A DNA stretch of 64,000 bases from an uncultured Gammaproteobacteria bacterium (lineage in GTDB: Bacteria > Pseudomonadota > Gammaproteobacteria > JACCXJ01), in contig CAVXTM010000002.1 of assembly GCA_963764725.1 (NCBI GenBank), positions 32,001 through 96,000 on the forward strand, in the 5' to 3' direction. The first letter of the stretch is position 1. Each line of letters opens with the position of its first letter. The position numbers and the translations under genes are program-made. Of this stretch, positions 22,946 to 34,256 are shown in pieces. The notes beneath the pieces were generated by a model. The model worked only from the letters and a program-made list of their open reading frames with translations, did not search any database and had not been told where the DNA came from.

Positions 22946-24799
22946 TCACCAAGTCATGAGGATCTCGCAGGTTTCGCGATCGCGCTCCACGCTGATTTTC
23001 AGCCCGCTGGATTTCGCTAGCCGGATCATTTTGTCGTTGTGGGCAAACACTTGAGCGCGGAGCCCGCGAAAGCCGAGCCCGCGTGCCTTGGCTATCAGCA
23101 GGGTTTGGAGCTCGCGGCCGAGACCCCCTCCCTGCCATTCGGGGTCGACCAGATAGCCCACCTCGGCCAGTCGCGTTGTCGCCTCACCGAACAAGCATGC
23201 GCTTGCGACGAGGCGCTCGGCCTCCCGCTCCCCGACGACGGCGACGAACACGGCATCGAGCCCCTGGCTGCCCGTGCAGAGCCGCACCGCCTCCTCAACG
23301 GATAGCGAGCGCAGGTAGCGGAAGAAGCGAAGATAGATATCCTCGCTGGAACAGCGGTGGAAGAGTCGTTGCAGCGAGGGCACGTCCGAGAGCCTCGCGG
23401 GACGTAGCGTCACCGGGGCGCCACCCTTCGATCGAGCCCGATGCTCGTGTTCGACCTCATACGCATCGCGGTTTACTCTCCGGTAGCTGGCCGCAACCAG
23501 CCCTTGCGCCCGGGCCTGGTCGAGCAGCCAGGGCCGGTGATCGGGGTGGGCGACCTCGATCAGGGCGAGCGCACGCTCCTCGATTGATTTCCCATGGAGA
23601 TAGGCGATGCCGAACTCGGTAACCACGAAGTGCACGTCCGAGCGCGGGATCGCCACCGCTTCACCGGCGCCGAGGGCCGGGCGCACGCTCGATGTGCCCG
23701 ACGTATCGGTCGCGTAGAGACAGAGGATCGGTTTTCCTGCAGGCGCCCGCGCGGCGGCCCGCATGAATTCCGGTTGGCTCCCGAGCCCGCCGAAGAGTGT
23801 CTCCCCGATCCGGTCGCAGCAGGCCTGGCCGGTCAGATCGATCGCCAACGCCTGCGTGATCGACACCATGCGCGGCCGCGCGCGAAGGCGCGTCTCGTCC
23901 GTCACGACCTCGATGGGCCAGAAGGTATATCGCGGGTTTCGATTCAGGCGCCGAAAGAGCTGCGCCGTTCCGGTGCAGAAGCTCGCCATCACGTCGGGAT
24001 CCGCGCCAGGCGAGGGCGCGCCGCTTGGGTCGGCGCGCACGGCTCCGGCCTCGACTAGAGCCGAGAGCTCTTCGGACAAGAGGTCGGTGAGGATCCGCAG
24101 ATCGCGCCGCTCGGTCAGGAATCGCAGCGCGCCGTTGGGAACGCGGCCGGGCCCGACCTGTAGGGTGGCCCCATCCTCGACGAGCCGCGAGACGTAACGG
24201 CCGATGCGTCCCGAGCGTGCATCGTCGCGCTGGTGCCGGAATTCGGGCAGGACGCGATCGGAAACGACGACGGCGGAGAACGCATCAGCGGGCCACAAGG
24301 TGTCGCCTGCCGTGATGGGCATTACCGGCACTTGCTCGGCGATCGCGAGCGGCACGCGCCGCAGCACCGCCGGGGTCATGCCGACGGCGGTGCCGAGGCT
24401 GACTCGTCCTTGCGGATCCGGCAAGCTGGTCGCCACCATCGCCGCATCGAACGCGAGGCGTCTGCTTGCGACGAGTGCACACGCTTCCGGAAGCGACAGT
24501 GGCACGTAGCTCACTGAATCCCCGACTGCCTCGCGCGCGAGCGGCTCGCCGAGGTAGAGCGGACGATGCTTGATCTGCGGGGCCCGCTTGATGAGCTCGG
24601 CCGCGCTGATTCCGTCGAGCAAAAAGTAGAACAGCTCGATGTCTGGGGTACCCCGGCGAGCCAGTGCAGCGAGCAACGCCACGGGCGTCCCACCCTTGGC
24701 GGCGACGTACACGCGCGATCCGGGCGCGATGCGCTCAACAGCCGCCTCGGCGCTAATCGGAGTCACGGCGTGATGAGGCTCGCGCGCGGGGCGCGGCAT
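22946..24799 (-). CDS. Acetyl-CoA hydrolase/transferase family + GNAT acetyltransferase fusion
   Basis: LVEDGATLQVG.G..P, IDLTGQ, GG.G.Q..F.R.A, VHFVVTEFG.A.L.GK...ERA.ALI..AHP; C-terminal GNAT (WQGGGLG..L, N..M..L). Confidence 0.9.
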   Translation of the reverse strand: MPRPAREPHHAVTPISAEAAVERIAPGSRVYVAAKGGTPVALLAALARRGTPDIELFYFLLDGISAAELIKRAPQIKHRPLYLGEPLAREAVGDSVSYVPLSLPEACALVASRRLAFDAAMVATSLPDPQGRVSLGTAVGMTPAVLRRVPLAIAEQVPVMPITAGDTLWPADAFSAVVVSDRVLPEFRHQRDDARSGRIGRYVSRLVEDGATLQVGPGRVPNGALRFLTERRDLRILTDLLSEELSALVEAGAVRADPSGAPSPGADPDVMASFCTGTAQLFRRLNRNPRYTFWPIEVVTDETRLRARPRMVSITQALAIDLTGQACCDRIGETLFGGLGSQPEFMRAAARAPAGKPILCLYATDTSGTSSVRPALGAGEAVAIPRSDVHFVVTEFGIAYLHGKSIEERALALIEVAHPDHRPWLLDQARAQGLVAASYRRVNRDAYEVEHEHRARSKGGAPVTLRPARLSDVPSLQRLFHRCSSEDIYLRFFRYLRSLSVEEAVRLCTGSQGLDAVFVAVVGEREAERLVASACLFGEATTRLAEVGYLVDPEWQGGGLGRELQTLLIAKARGLGFRGLRAQVFAHNDKMIRLAKSSGLKISVERDRETCEILMTW

Positions 24800-24877
24800 G
24801 TCGTCATGCTCCCGTCACCAGCCACACCGAGAACAGGGCGTTGGGATGGAAGCATAGGCGCATCCGTGCCGAGCTCC

Positions 24878-25675
24878 CTAGGGGCTAGAGCCCGCCATGC
24901 GCTCCTCTGGTCTGACCTGCAGCAACAGATCAGGCCCGACCGACATCGCCCCGTTGAAGGGACCGCTGTGGGAGGCGATCAGCATCACGGAGACAGACAC
25001 CGCTGTCGCGAAGATCGCCATCGCAATAGCTGCAGTCACTCGGTTTTCACTGTGGACCATGGCGATCGCAAGCAAGGTGACGACGGCTTGCAGAAATAAG
25101 CATGTCCACTTGATCCCGTTGACCGATGATCGGCTGACGATAATGCGCTGCCGGCGCGCATCGAGGGCGTTTTGCAACGCGGCGACGATCCCTTGTTGCG
25201 CCACCACCTGGCCATCCCCTCGGGGGGTCAGAGCGAGGGTTAACTGCAACGCCTCGGCTAGGGGGGCCGGGATCGTCGTCAGCGTAGCGTGGTGCTGGGC
25301 CATGGTCGGCCATTCCCGCACGGCGACGTCTTCGATGTAGCGACGCAGCAGGGCGCGCATGCGCGTTTCGGGCTCTGCCGGGAAGCTCGCAACCAGGAGA
25401 ACCACGGCGCGCAGTGCGCTGGCCTCGTGGCTGACTGCGGCCTGGGCCCGGTCATAATCGCTCCAGACCTGGGCGGCGAGAAACCCCGCGAGCAGGCCGA
25501 AGATGATGCCGAGCGGAGGCAGCATGCCGGGCGATACGGCTTTGAACGCGCGCCCCAGGTCGCCCCTCGCGAGGGCTATTACGACCCAGTAGATGCCTCC
25601 GGCGACTAGGTAGGTAGCCGCAAAAACCACGAGCGCCGTTCCTGTTATCGGAAGGTTCTCCAGCCAGTCGCTCAT
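24878..25675 (-). CDS. DUF4239 / bestrophin-like membrane protein
   Basis: LG.IFGLL.GF....VW, EASAL, EWPTM, ARRQRI, PF.G...V.P. Confidence 0.8.
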   Translation of the reverse strand: MSDWLENLPITGTALVVFAATYLVAGGIYWVVIALARGDLGRAFKAVSPGMLPPLGIIFGLLAGFLAAQVWSDYDRAQAAVSHEASALRAVVLLVASFPAEPETRMRALLRRYIEDVAVREWPTMAQHHATLTTIPAPLAEALQLTLALTPRGDGQVVAQQGIVAALQNALDARRQRIIVSRSSVNGIKWTCLFLQAVVTLLAIAMVHSENRVTAAIAMAIFATAVSVSVMLIASHSGPFNGAMSVGPDLLLQVRPEERMAGSSP

Positions 25676-26130
25676 GTCCTTCTCCATCTCCACCATCGCC
25701 GGCAGACTTTTCGCAATAACCGAAGCTCGCTCAAGCAGAAACATGCTACTCCGGGCTTAACCGGGAAGTAGAATCCCTACGCATGGGATCTGCCGAACTG
25801 CACAGAATAGCCCAAACCGGTGGAAAACACAGCAATAAGGTGCCCGGTGAAATTACCGGGCTGTCGGGTGACTGGGTTCGCCAAGTACCGGGGCATTATG
25901 GTGCCTTAAGTGAGTGCAGGCCAAGGGGGATAGTCGACTCACGGAGATGGAGCGGATTGGAGGGGGTAGCGGTCAGCGATCAGGCCGTCTAAGTGGTTAC
26001 TGTCGATGCGTTGATATGATATGCTACGGCCCTAGCTGCCTATATAGATGGATTCGGTTGGCGAAAGCAGATCTTCGTATGGTGGTTAGTGTAGTCGTTC
26101 AGCGAAAAACTACTCCAAGGGAGAAATATC

Positions 26131-26661
26131 ATGGCTACGAACTATAGCGAAGACGAAGTAAATCTGCTTGCCGCTTTTCCCCAGATGATCGGTGCAGCGA
26201 TGGCATTTTCGGGCAGTAGCGGGCTATTCGGGACAGGCAAGGAAATGTTTGTAAGTGCCCAATCGGTCTTAGCGGGAGTCAAGGACTATCCGAATAATGG
26301 CCTCATTCAGGCCGTGTTGCCGAACCTGCAAGGGGATCGGAGTGATGCCATGGAAAAGATGAAGAAATTTAGAGACTGGGCGATGGCGCGGATGAAGGAA
26401 AAGGGGATAAATTCATACGAGAAAATGCGCCAGCAAGCCTTGGAAGACAGCCGCGCGGTGGTAAATCTGCTCTCAACAAAGTCATCGAGCCAGGAAGCAA
26501 CGGAATACAAGCAGTGGGCCATGTCGGTTGCAGAGAAGGTTGCTATGGCAACCACCGAAGGGAGCTTTCTTGGTTTTGGCGGCGAGAGGCTGAGCGCCAA
26601 CGAAAAGCAGCTTTTGGGCGAGATTCAGAGCGCCCTCGGAGTTCAGAGCACATTGGCCTAA
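26131..26661 (+). CDS. Conserved hypothetical protein
   Basis: Clear SD (AGGGAG); motif EYKQW.M.VAEKVA.A..EG.FLGFGGER.S..E. Confidence 0.75.
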   Translation: MATNYSEDEVNLLAAFPQMIGAAMAFSGSSGLFGTGKEMFVSAQSVLAGVKDYPNNGLIQAVLPNLQGDRSDAMEKMKKFRDWAMARMKEKGINSYEKMRQQALEDSRAVVNLLSTKSSSQEATEYKQWAMSVAEKVAMATTEGSFLGFGGERLSANEKQLLGEIQSALGVQSTLA

Positions 26662-27140
26662 AACAGGCGGCTGTCGAGCGGCCGCAAGTCTGCCCCTCTT
26701 GCTAGCCCTAACAGTCCTTGCCCGTATCTAAGCCGATTCTGCTCCGGAGTCGTTAACTATGGACAAGATGACCAGACTAAATATGATACGCGCTATTATT
26801 GGTCTGCTGCTGCTGGCGGCATTTCTGTGGCTGGCTTTTAGGCCAGTAGCCGGATTCGGGTAAAGGTTGCAGCGCTCAAGACCCAAAGGGGCGACCAGCG
26901 CGTAGCCTGGGTTGAGCGCAGCGGGTGAGGCGGGATCCGCGTAATGCGCGTCGCGGACGTATCTGGGTTGAGGCTTTTTTTTGAAAGACGGGCCTCTGGC
27001 CTTAAAGAGAAAAAGGCCAGGCAGCTAGAAAACGGCCGCTACTTAACGGTCAAGTCTCCCATCTTGCGCTCCATCCCTTTGATCACACGAATGCAAGATG
27101 GGAGACCCGACTATTCTGTGTTCACTGAGGAGACTGCGCC

Positions 27141-27377
27141 ATGGATCCCAAACAAAGCCAGTTACCACTTTGGGTAAATCCCTGCGTGATCGGCGGCGCC
27201 GTATCTTTATTGGCGGCGTACTTGGGGTTTTGGGACTATATACAACCGACCGAGAGCGGCGATCTTTGCATAGATACCGAAGAGGGGGCAGCCGATCTAG
27301 AAATCGCGGGCCTTGCACTCATTGGCGGACTCGTGACTTTGTATGGTCACTTTCGACACTCGGTGATCCCCAAGTGA
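27141..27377 (+). CDS. Small hypothetical membrane protein (2 TM)
   Basis: Possible SD (GAGGAG) upstream; two hydrophobic segments. Confidence 0.35.
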   Translation: MDPKQSQLPLWVNPCVIGGAVSLLAAYLGFWDYIQPTESGDLCIDTEEGAADLEIAGLALIGGLVTLYGHFRHSVIPK

Positions 27378-27546
27378 TCCCAACGCCGTTTCCCCACTCT
27401 AGCGGCACCCGGCTCCGGGCGCGGCTAGCCTGCTCTGCGGCGTAAACGCGCAATAGCCCCGGCGGGTACGGACTTGCTCGCCCGTCCGCTTCAAATTATC
27501 CTGGCGCAACGTGCTGCCACGAATCCGTAGTTTGTGCCCATAGCCT

Positions 27547-28926
27547 ATGAACCTCAGTATCGTCGTCTTGGCAGCCGGCCAAGGGAAACGGATGTATTCC
27601 GATGTCCCTAAGGTATTGCACGCCCTCGCCGGTAAGCCGCTCCTCGAACATGTCTGGCGCGCGGCGGCACGGCTGAGCGCCGAGCGGATTTACGTCGTCT
27701 ACGGTCACGGCGGCGAGAGCGTGTGCGAAGCACTGCGGCATCTCGATGTCACCTGGATCGAACAGACCCGGCAACTCGGCACCGGTCATGCGGTCGCGCA
27801 GGCCCTGCCATCCATCGATTCCCGCAACGGCGTTCTGATCCTCTATGGGGATGTGCCCTTGATTACCTCGGCGACCTTGCAACGCCTGAAGGATGCCCTC
27901 GCGGGGGGGGGGATCGGGTTACTCACCGTGGATCTGAATGATCCCGCCGGATACGGCCGCATCGTGCGTGATTGTAGCGGAGCGGTGGTGCGGATCGTCG
28001 AGCACAAGGATGCGACTCCCGAGGAACGGGCGATCCGCGAGGTCAATACGGGCATGATGGCGATCCCCGCGGCGCATTTGCTCCGATGGATAGAGCGGCT
28101 CGATGACCGCAACGCCCAGCGCGAGCACTACTTGACCGATATCATCGGCATGGCGGTGGGAGAGGGGATCCCGATTAAAACCGTGGCGGCGGGCTCGGTC
28201 TATGAGGTCATGGGAATCAACGATCGCGAGCAGCTGGCCGACCTCGAGCGCCATTACCAACGTCTTCAAGCACAGCACCTGATGCGCTCTGGAGTTACCT
28301 TGCGGGATCCCGCCCGCTTCGATCTGCGCGGGGAGATCGAATTCGGGAGGGACGTCGTGATCGATGTCAACGTCATCCTCGAAGGACGCATTAAATTAGG
28401 CGATCGGGTTCATATTGGGCCCAACTCCTACCTGCGCGACGCCGATCTCGGGGACGACGTGGTCGTGTTGCCTAACTGTGTGCTTGAAGAGTGTGCGATC
28501 GGTAAGGGCGCGCGCATTGGACCGTTCTCCAGGATCCGGCCCGAGACCCGTCTGGCCGACCATGTCCACGTGGGTAACTTCGTCGAGATCAAGAAATCGA
28601 CAGTCGCAGCCGGTTCCAAGGTCAATCATCTCAGTTACGTTGGGGATACCGAGGTCGGCCGTGACGTCAACGTCGGCGCAGGGACCATCACCTGTAACTA
28701 CGACGGAGCCAACAAACACAAGACCGTCATCGGCGATGGTGTGTTTATCGGCTCAGACACGCTGCTCGTCGCGCCGGTTCGCGTGGGTGATGGCGCCACG
28801 ATCGGCGCGGGAACGACGCTCACCCAAGACGCGCCGCCCGGCGCCTTAACATTGGGCCGGGTGCGCCAGATAACCGTTGAGGGCTGGACCCGCCCTCAGA
28901 AGAGAAAGACCGGTGAACGAAAGTAG
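27547..28926 (+). CDS. glmU: Bifunctional UDP-GlcNAc pyrophosphorylase / GlcN-1-P acetyltransferase
   Basis: LAAGQGKRM, QLGTGHAV, hexapeptide repeats, NYDGANKH. Confidence 0.98.
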   Translation: MNLSIVVLAAGQGKRMYSDVPKVLHALAGKPLLEHVWRAAARLSAERIYVVYGHGGESVCEALRHLDVTWIEQTRQLGTGHAVAQALPSIDSRNGVLILYGDVPLITSATLQRLKDALAGGGIGLLTVDLNDPAGYGRIVRDCSGAVVRIVEHKDATPEERAIREVNTGMMAIPAAHLLRWIERLDDRNAQREHYLTDIIGMAVGEGIPIKTVAAGSVYEVMGINDREQLADLERHYQRLQAQHLMRSGVTLRDPARFDLRGEIEFGRDVVIDVNVILEGRIKLGDRVHIGPNSYLRDADLGDDVVVLPNCVLEECAIGKGARIGPFSRIRPETRLADHVHVGNFVEIKKSTVAAGSKVNHLSYVGDTEVGRDVNVGAGTITCNYDGANKHKTVIGDGVFIGSDTLLVAPVRVGDGATIGAGTTLTQDAPPGALTLGRVRQITVEGWTRPQKRKTGERK

Positions 28927-29749
28927 CCGACGCTTGCGGATCGCTTACTATCAATTCCGGCCCCTCTTTGGTCAGACTGAGAACAACCTGCAAAAGGTTT
29001 TAAGTGCGCTCGGTCAAACCGCGGCGGATCTGATCGTATTACCGGAACTGCCGTTCACCGGCTATTACTTCAAGGACCGTGCAGAAGCCTTGGCGCGGGC
29101 CGAAGATCCGGCACGCTCGGCGACTGTCGAGGCGCTAATAGCACTGTGCCGGCGCCGTGATTTCCATCTGGTCACCGGATTTTGCGAGCGCCGGAATGAC
29201 AAGGTCTACAACAGCGCCCTGTTGCTAGGTCCCGCGGGAGTGGCGCACGTATACCGGAAGCTGCATCTCTTTAATGAGGAAAAGCGTTATTTCGATGCCG
29301 GCGATCTTCCGCTTGCGGTGCATGAGGTGTGCGGCGTTAAGCTTGGGCTCATGGTTTGTTTCGACTGGGCTTTTCCCGAGGTCGCGCGCGTCCTCGCCAT
29401 CCAGGGGGCGGACATCCTCTGCCATCCCGCCAACCTGGTGTTGGCCTATTGCCAGCAAGCGATGGCTATCCGCTGCCTCGAGAACCGGGTATTCGCGGTT
29501 ACGGCGAACCGTTTTGGTAACGACCACAGGCCGCACGGCCGGCTGCGGTTCACCGGCAAGAGTCAGATCGTGGCTCCGAGCGGCCGGGTCCTACACCGCG
29601 CCCGCGCCCAGCGCGAGGAGCTTGGTATCGTCGAGATCGATCTCTGCGAGGCGCGCGATAAAAGCATCACGCCTCTGAATGACGTCATCGCCGATCGGCG
29701 GCCTGATTACTACGAGCTCTTGAGCAAGGAAGGGCACGCTCATTCGTGA
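28913..29749 (+). CDS. Carbon-nitrogen hydrolase (nitrilase superfamily)
   Basis: E-K-C triad motifs VLPEL, YRKLHL and VCFDW.FPE. Confidence 0.92.
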   Translation: MNESSRRLRIAYYQFRPLFGQTENNLQKVLSALGQTAADLIVLPELPFTGYYFKDRAEALARAEDPARSATVEALIALCRRRDFHLVTGFCERRNDKVYNSALLLGPAGVAHVYRKLHLFNEEKRYFDAGDLPLAVHEVCGVKLGLMVCFDWAFPEVARVLAIQGADILCHPANLVLAYCQQAMAIRCLENRVFAVTANRFGNDHRPHGRLRFTGKSQIVAPSGRVLHRARAQREELGIVEIDLCEARDKSITPLNDVIADRRPDYYELLSKEGHAHS

Positions 29750-30099
29750 AATCTAAACCTACCGCTAGACTGCTCTGAGTGGCAGCTACGGCCGCGTTTT
29801 AACGGCCACTCCCCGACGACACGAGCCACGGGGCTCACCACGAAGGCGATCTTCGACTGCGCGGTGGCCCTTCGCGCTCAAACCTGGCTTAACGCACCCG
29901 CTTCGCGCGGCCGGCCACGTCCTAAAACAGCGTCGATGCGGACCTTATCGGGGTTAGCGATGCGAGTAACGGTCTGGGCACGGCGCCCGTTCGGCAGCCA
30001 ACCCTTGAGACACGCTGTACCCCTCCTTGCCCCGGTGGTAACATGGTCAGCTCTCGGCACCATCAAGCACATGAGAACCAACTAGAGGAGGGCTTCCGC

Positions 30100-30525
30100 A
30101 TGAACTGGAAAGAACAGCTCGACAAGGCGATCGACACGCTGAAACAGGTGGCCGAAAGCGATACGGTAAAGGGCCTCACGGCCAAGGCGAAGGAGACCGC
30201 CAGCAAGCTCGCCCAGCGAGCGAGGAGCGGGGCCCTGGGTGCCGCGGAGGCCTTCATCGAGGCCAATTCCGATCCGTCGGCACTTAAGGTCCGCTATCTC
30301 AACGCGGACATCAGCGTGCTATCGCCGTCCGATGGCATCGAGGTGAGCCGCCCGAGCCCGGGCAGCGTGGTCATCTCCGACGGCGCCGGCAATGGGATCG
30401 TCATCAACGCGGCGGCAGACAAGGCCTCCGTCTCCGAGCGGATCGGGACCGTTGCGCAACTCGGGTCCAACAGTTACGACCTCGGCGTCGAAGACGGCGT
30501 CAACGTCGTCGTATTGAAGGACTGA
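30100..30525 (+). CDS. Hypothetical protein
   Basis: Strong SD (GAGGAGG) and host-like codon usage. Confidence 0.7.
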   Translation: MNWKEQLDKAIDTLKQVAESDTVKGLTAKAKETASKLAQRARSGALGAAEAFIEANSDPSALKVRYLNADISVLSPSDGIEVSRPSPGSVVISDGAGNGIVINAAADKASVSERIGTVAQLGSNSYDLGVEDGVNVVVLKD

Positions 30526-30704
30526 AACCCAGCTCGCCGACGGGGCGTCAGGTGGTGAGCACCGCTCAATATGGGGGAAGCCCAAGACCAGGCCCCGTCA
30601 AGCGCGAGCACCAGCACCCCGGGCACGTCACGGCCGACAGGGATTCGCGCACACGCCAGCAGCAGCGCAAGAAGGAGCGGTGCCTCACCCTGGCTCCGGC
30701 TCGT

Positions 30705-30790
30705 TGGTGACGACGCGGTTGCGCCCCGCTCCCCTTCGCCTTGTCAATAGGTTCTGGTCGGCAGCCTTGATGAGCGCGGCGTTCGAGCCG
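30705..30790 (-). pseudogene. Frameshifted remnant of a GGDEF domain C-terminus
   Basis: ALIKAADQNL...KAKGSG-RNRVV across two small indels. Confidence 0.55.
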
Positions 30791-30897
30791 CGGCCAGCGG
30801 AATCGCCAGCCCGGTGCATACATTCAATGGAGCGCCGCCGCGCTAGCCGGAGCCAACTCGAGGTGTCACCGGTGTTGACCGGCGGGTTATTCGCGGG

Positions 30898-33036
30898 TTA
30901 TTTCACCCGCATTCCCGGTTGCGCCCCCTCGTCGGGATTTAGGAGGAAAATGTCTTTTCCGCCCGCGCCGGCCGCGAGCACCATGCCCTCGGAAACCCCG
31001 AAACGCATCTTGCGCGGCGCGAGATTGGCAACGACCACGGTGAGCCGACCGACCAATTGCTCGGGGGCGTAGGCCGACTTGATTCCGGCGAATACCGTGC
31101 GTTGCGAGCCGCCGAGATCGACCGTGAGTTTGAGAAGCTTGTCGGCGCCCTCGACGGGCTCGGCGCTGACGATGCGGGCGATGCGCAGATCGATCTTGCC
31201 GAAGTCTTCGATGCTACTGGGACTTGGATCGGTTTCTTGTCCCGCAGTCTGCTGCTGATGCTCACCATGCCGCGTTTGCGAATGGCTTTGAGGACCCGGT
31301 TGTAGGCTTGCCTTGTTTGCGTCGATGAGCGTTGCTACCTGATTCGTATCCGCTCTGGTCATGAGATGCTCGTACTGGCCGATTTGGTGTCCGGCCGGCA
31401 AAAAATGTTCTAGATCCGCAAAACTCAGCTCTTCCGATAAGCCCATGAATTTCTCGGCCTGGGTGGCCAAGCGCGGGAGAATAGGTTTTAAGTACAGTGT
31501 GAGTAGGCGAAAAGTTTCGATCGCTACAGAGCAGACGCGATGAAGATATTGCGGATCCGTTGCATGCTTAGGCGAGTTGAAGTTTTTCGAGAGTTCCCAC
31601 GGTTCCTGTTTAGTCCACCACTCGTTAAATTCATCCGCGAGTCGCATGACGATCCGCGTGACAGCGCCGAGCTTGCGTTCCTCGTAGAACGTATTGATGG
31701 TGCTTGAATATTTAACGGTGTTTTCTATAACCTCGTCCCGGTATGGTCTCGATGTCCGAACGATCTTGCTGTCATCTAGCTCGTCGCTTCGCACCACGCC
31801 TAGGGCCGTCTCCGCAATACGGCCACCGAAATGCTTACGCAATAATCCTGCTGCTCTACTGGGTATGTTTACAAATTTACCAACTAGATCGCTGTTTACC
31901 CTCGCGACAAAATCATCGAGATTGAGATCAATATCCTCCATCGTATCGTTGAGCTTCGTCGCGTAGTAGTAGCGTAGCCATTCAGGGTTCAGACCCGAGT
32001 TAATGTAACTCTGCGCAGTGATAAAGGTGCCGCGCGACTTGGACATCTTCTCTCCGTTCACGGTGAGGAAGCCGTGCGCGAAGATCCGGGAGGGCGTGCG
32101 ATAGCCGGAATAATGCAGTAGCGCGGGCCAGAACAAGGCATGGAAATACAGGATGTCTTTCCCGATGAAGTGATAGAGCTCGGCTTTCGACGCCGCTCCC
32201 CAGTACGCCTCGAAGTCGAGTCCCGCGCGCTCGCAGAGGTTCTTGAAACTCGCCATGTAACCGATCGGTGCATCCAGCCAGACATAGAAATATTTCTCCG
32301 GTGCCTCCGGGATCTCGAAACCGAAGTACGGGGCGTCGCGCGAAATATCCCAGTTTTTTAGACCGGCGGTGAACCACTCATCAAGTTTGTTGGCGGCTTC
32401 GGGCTGCAGGTGACCGGCGCGCGTCCATTCCCTGAGAAAGTCCTCGCACTCGCTCAAGCGAAAGAAATAATGATCCGATTGCTTGTGGATCGGGGCCGCG
32501 CCGGAGAGGGCGGAATAGGGATTGATAAGCTCGGTCGGTTGATAGGTGGCGCCACAGATCTCACAGGCGTCTCCGTACTGGTCCTGGGCATGACAGCGCG
32601 GGCATTCGCCCTTGATAAACCGATCTGGCAGGAACATGTTCTTGACCGGATCGTAGAGCTGCTCGATGGTGCGCGCTTCGATCAGCCCGCGGGCTTTTAG
32701 CGTCAAATAGATGCCCTCGGCCAACGCGCGGTTCTCTTGCGAGTTGGTTGAATAGTAATTGTCGAAGGCGATGTGAAACTCCGTGAAATCGCGCAGGTGT
32801 TCCCCGTGCATCCGCGCGATGAGTTGCTCGGGGGCGATCTGCTCTGCCTCGGCGCGCAGCATGATGGGCGTGCCGTGGGTGTCGTCGGCGCACACGTAGT
32901 AGCAGCGGTGACCGCGCATCCGCTGGAACCGCGCCCAGATGTCGGTTTGGATGTATTCGACCAGGTGCCCGAGGTGAATGGGGCCGTTGGCATAGGGGAG
33001 GGCGCTGGTGACCAGGATGTCTCTCGGTCCGTTCAC
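30898..33036 (-). CDS. metG: Methionyl-tRNA synthetase
   Basis: [12 protein letters not shown], Zn knuckle, KMSKS, C-terminal tRNA-binding OB domain. Confidence 0.99.
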   Translation of the reverse strand: MNGPRDILVTSALPYANGPIHLGHLVEYIQTDIWARFQRMRGHRCYYVCADDTHGTPIMLRAEAEQIAPEQLIARMHGEHLRDFTEFHIAFDNYYSTNSQENRALAEGIYLTLKARGLIEARTIEQLYDPVKNMFLPDRFIKGECPRCHAQDQYGDACEICGATYQPTELINPYSALSGAAPIHKQSDHYFFRLSECEDFLREWTRAGHLQPEAANKLDEWFTAGLKNWDISRDAPYFGFEIPEAPEKYFYVWLDAPIGYMASFKNLCERAGLDFEAYWGAASKAELYHFIGKDILYFHALFWPALLHYSGYRTPSRIFAHGFLTVNGEKMSKSRGTFITAQSYINSGLNPEWLRYYYATKLNDTMEDIDLNLDDFVARVNSDLVGKFVNIPSRAAGLLRKHFGGRIAETALGVVRSDELDDSKIVRTSRPYRDEVIENTVKYSSTINTFYEERKLGAVTRIVMRLADEFNEWWTKQEPWELSKNFNSPKHATDPQYLHRVCSVAIETFRLLTLYLKPILPRLATQAEKFMGLSEELSFADLEHFLPAGHQIGQYEHLMTRADTNQVATLIDANKASLQPGPQSHSQTRHGEHQQQTAGQETDPSPSSIEDFGKIDLRIARIVSAEPVEGADKLLKLTVDLGGSQRTVFAGIKSAYAPEQLVGRLTVVVANLAPRKMRFGVSEGMVLAAGAGGKDIFLLNPDEGAQPGMRVK

Positions 33037-33159
33037 GGCGGTAATACTCCTTCAATAGGGATTCGCTACGTTAGCATCAAGCCAACGCCGTGTCATCGCG
33101 CCTCGTGGCTACAGGATTTGGTGTAGAATGGCCGTACGCATTCCTGGCCTAAATCTACG

Positions 33160-34251
33160 ATGACAACCGTCACGAAAGAACACATCGAAGCTGCGTTAAA
33201 GCGTTATCAAGACCCTTATCTCGGCTGCGATCTCGTTAGCGCCAAAGCGGTCAAGGATATACGCATCGACGGCGATTGCGTAAAGATCGCGGTCGAGCTC
33301 GGTTATCCGATCAAAGGCTGGACGGAGTCCTTGATCGGGGCGCTCAAGGAAGTGCTGGGCAATGTCGAGGGCGTTCGCGAGGCAAGTGTCGAGGTCACTC
33401 AGAAGATCATTTCGCATTCGGTGCAAAAGGGCGTCTCTCCCTTACCCGAGGTCAAGAATATCATCGCCGTCGCGTCGGGCAAGGGTGGGGTGGGTAAATC
33501 AACCGTCGCGGTCAACTTGGCGCTCGCCTTCCAGTCCCAAGGTGCGCAGGCCGCGATCCTTGATGCCGATATCTACGGTCCGAGCCAGCCCCGGATGTTG
33601 GGCTGCCGGGGGAAACCCGAGACCATCGACGGTAAATCCTTTGAGCCTTTGGTCAGCTATCATGTGCAAGCCATCTCGATCGGCAATCTCATCGACGAAG
33701 AGACGCCGATGATCTGGCGCGGCCCGATGGTGACCTCGGCCCTGGAGCAGTTGCTCACCGGTACCCAGTGGCGCAACGTCGATTACCTGGTCGTGGATCT
33801 CCCGCCCGGCACGGGCGACATTCAATTGACCTTGTGCCAGAAAATCCCGGTCAGCGGCGCAGTGATCGTCACCACACCTCAAGACATCGCGCTGCTGGAT
33901 GCGCGCAAAGCGCTCAAGATGTTCGAGAAAGTCGAGGTCCCGGTGCTCGGCATCGTCGAAAACATGAGTACGCACGTCTGTAGTCACTGCGGGTACGAGG
34001 AGCCCATCTTCGGGCAAGGCGGCGGCGCCGCTATGGCCGCGCAATACCAAGTCGACCTCCTCGGATCCTTGCCGCTCGAGATCGGGATCCGCGAGGGGGT
34101 GGACAATGGCCGGCCGACGGTGGCCATGGACCCCGGCTCGCGGTCGGCGCGGATCTTCCACGATCTCGCGCGCAAGATAGCGGCGAAGCTCTCGCTGCGA
34201 GCCAAGGACTACTCGGCGCGCTTCCCGAAGATCGTGATCCAGAATACCTAA
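33160..34251 (+). CDS. apbC: Fe-S cluster carrier ApbC/Mrp
   Basis: [27 protein letters not shown]...C..C. Confidence 0.97.
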   Translation: MTTVTKEHIEAALKRYQDPYLGCDLVSAKAVKDIRIDGDCVKIAVELGYPIKGWTESLIGALKEVLGNVEGVREASVEVTQKIISHSVQKGVSPLPEVKNIIAVASGKGGVGKSTVAVNLALAFQSQGAQAAILDADIYGPSQPRMLGCRGKPETIDGKSFEPLVSYHVQAISIGNLIDEETPMIWRGPMVTSALEQLLTGTQWRNVDYLVVDLPPGTGDIQLTLCQKIPVSGAVIVTTPQDIALLDARKALKMFEKVEVPVLGIVENMSTHVCSHCGYEEPIFGQGGGAAMAAQYQVDLLGSLPLEIGIREGVDNGRPTVAMDPGSRSARIFHDLARKIAAKLSLRAKDYSARFPKIVIQNT

Positions 34252-34256
34252 AAAAG

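Noticed and set aside
29750-30040. Possible ncRNA in the long intergenic region
   Set aside because: Only a short hairpin (GGCCG...CGGCC); no family consensus recognised
31430-31900. Diversity-generating retroelement target in metG
   Set aside because: No template repeat or reverse transcriptase in the window; kept only as a divergent patch
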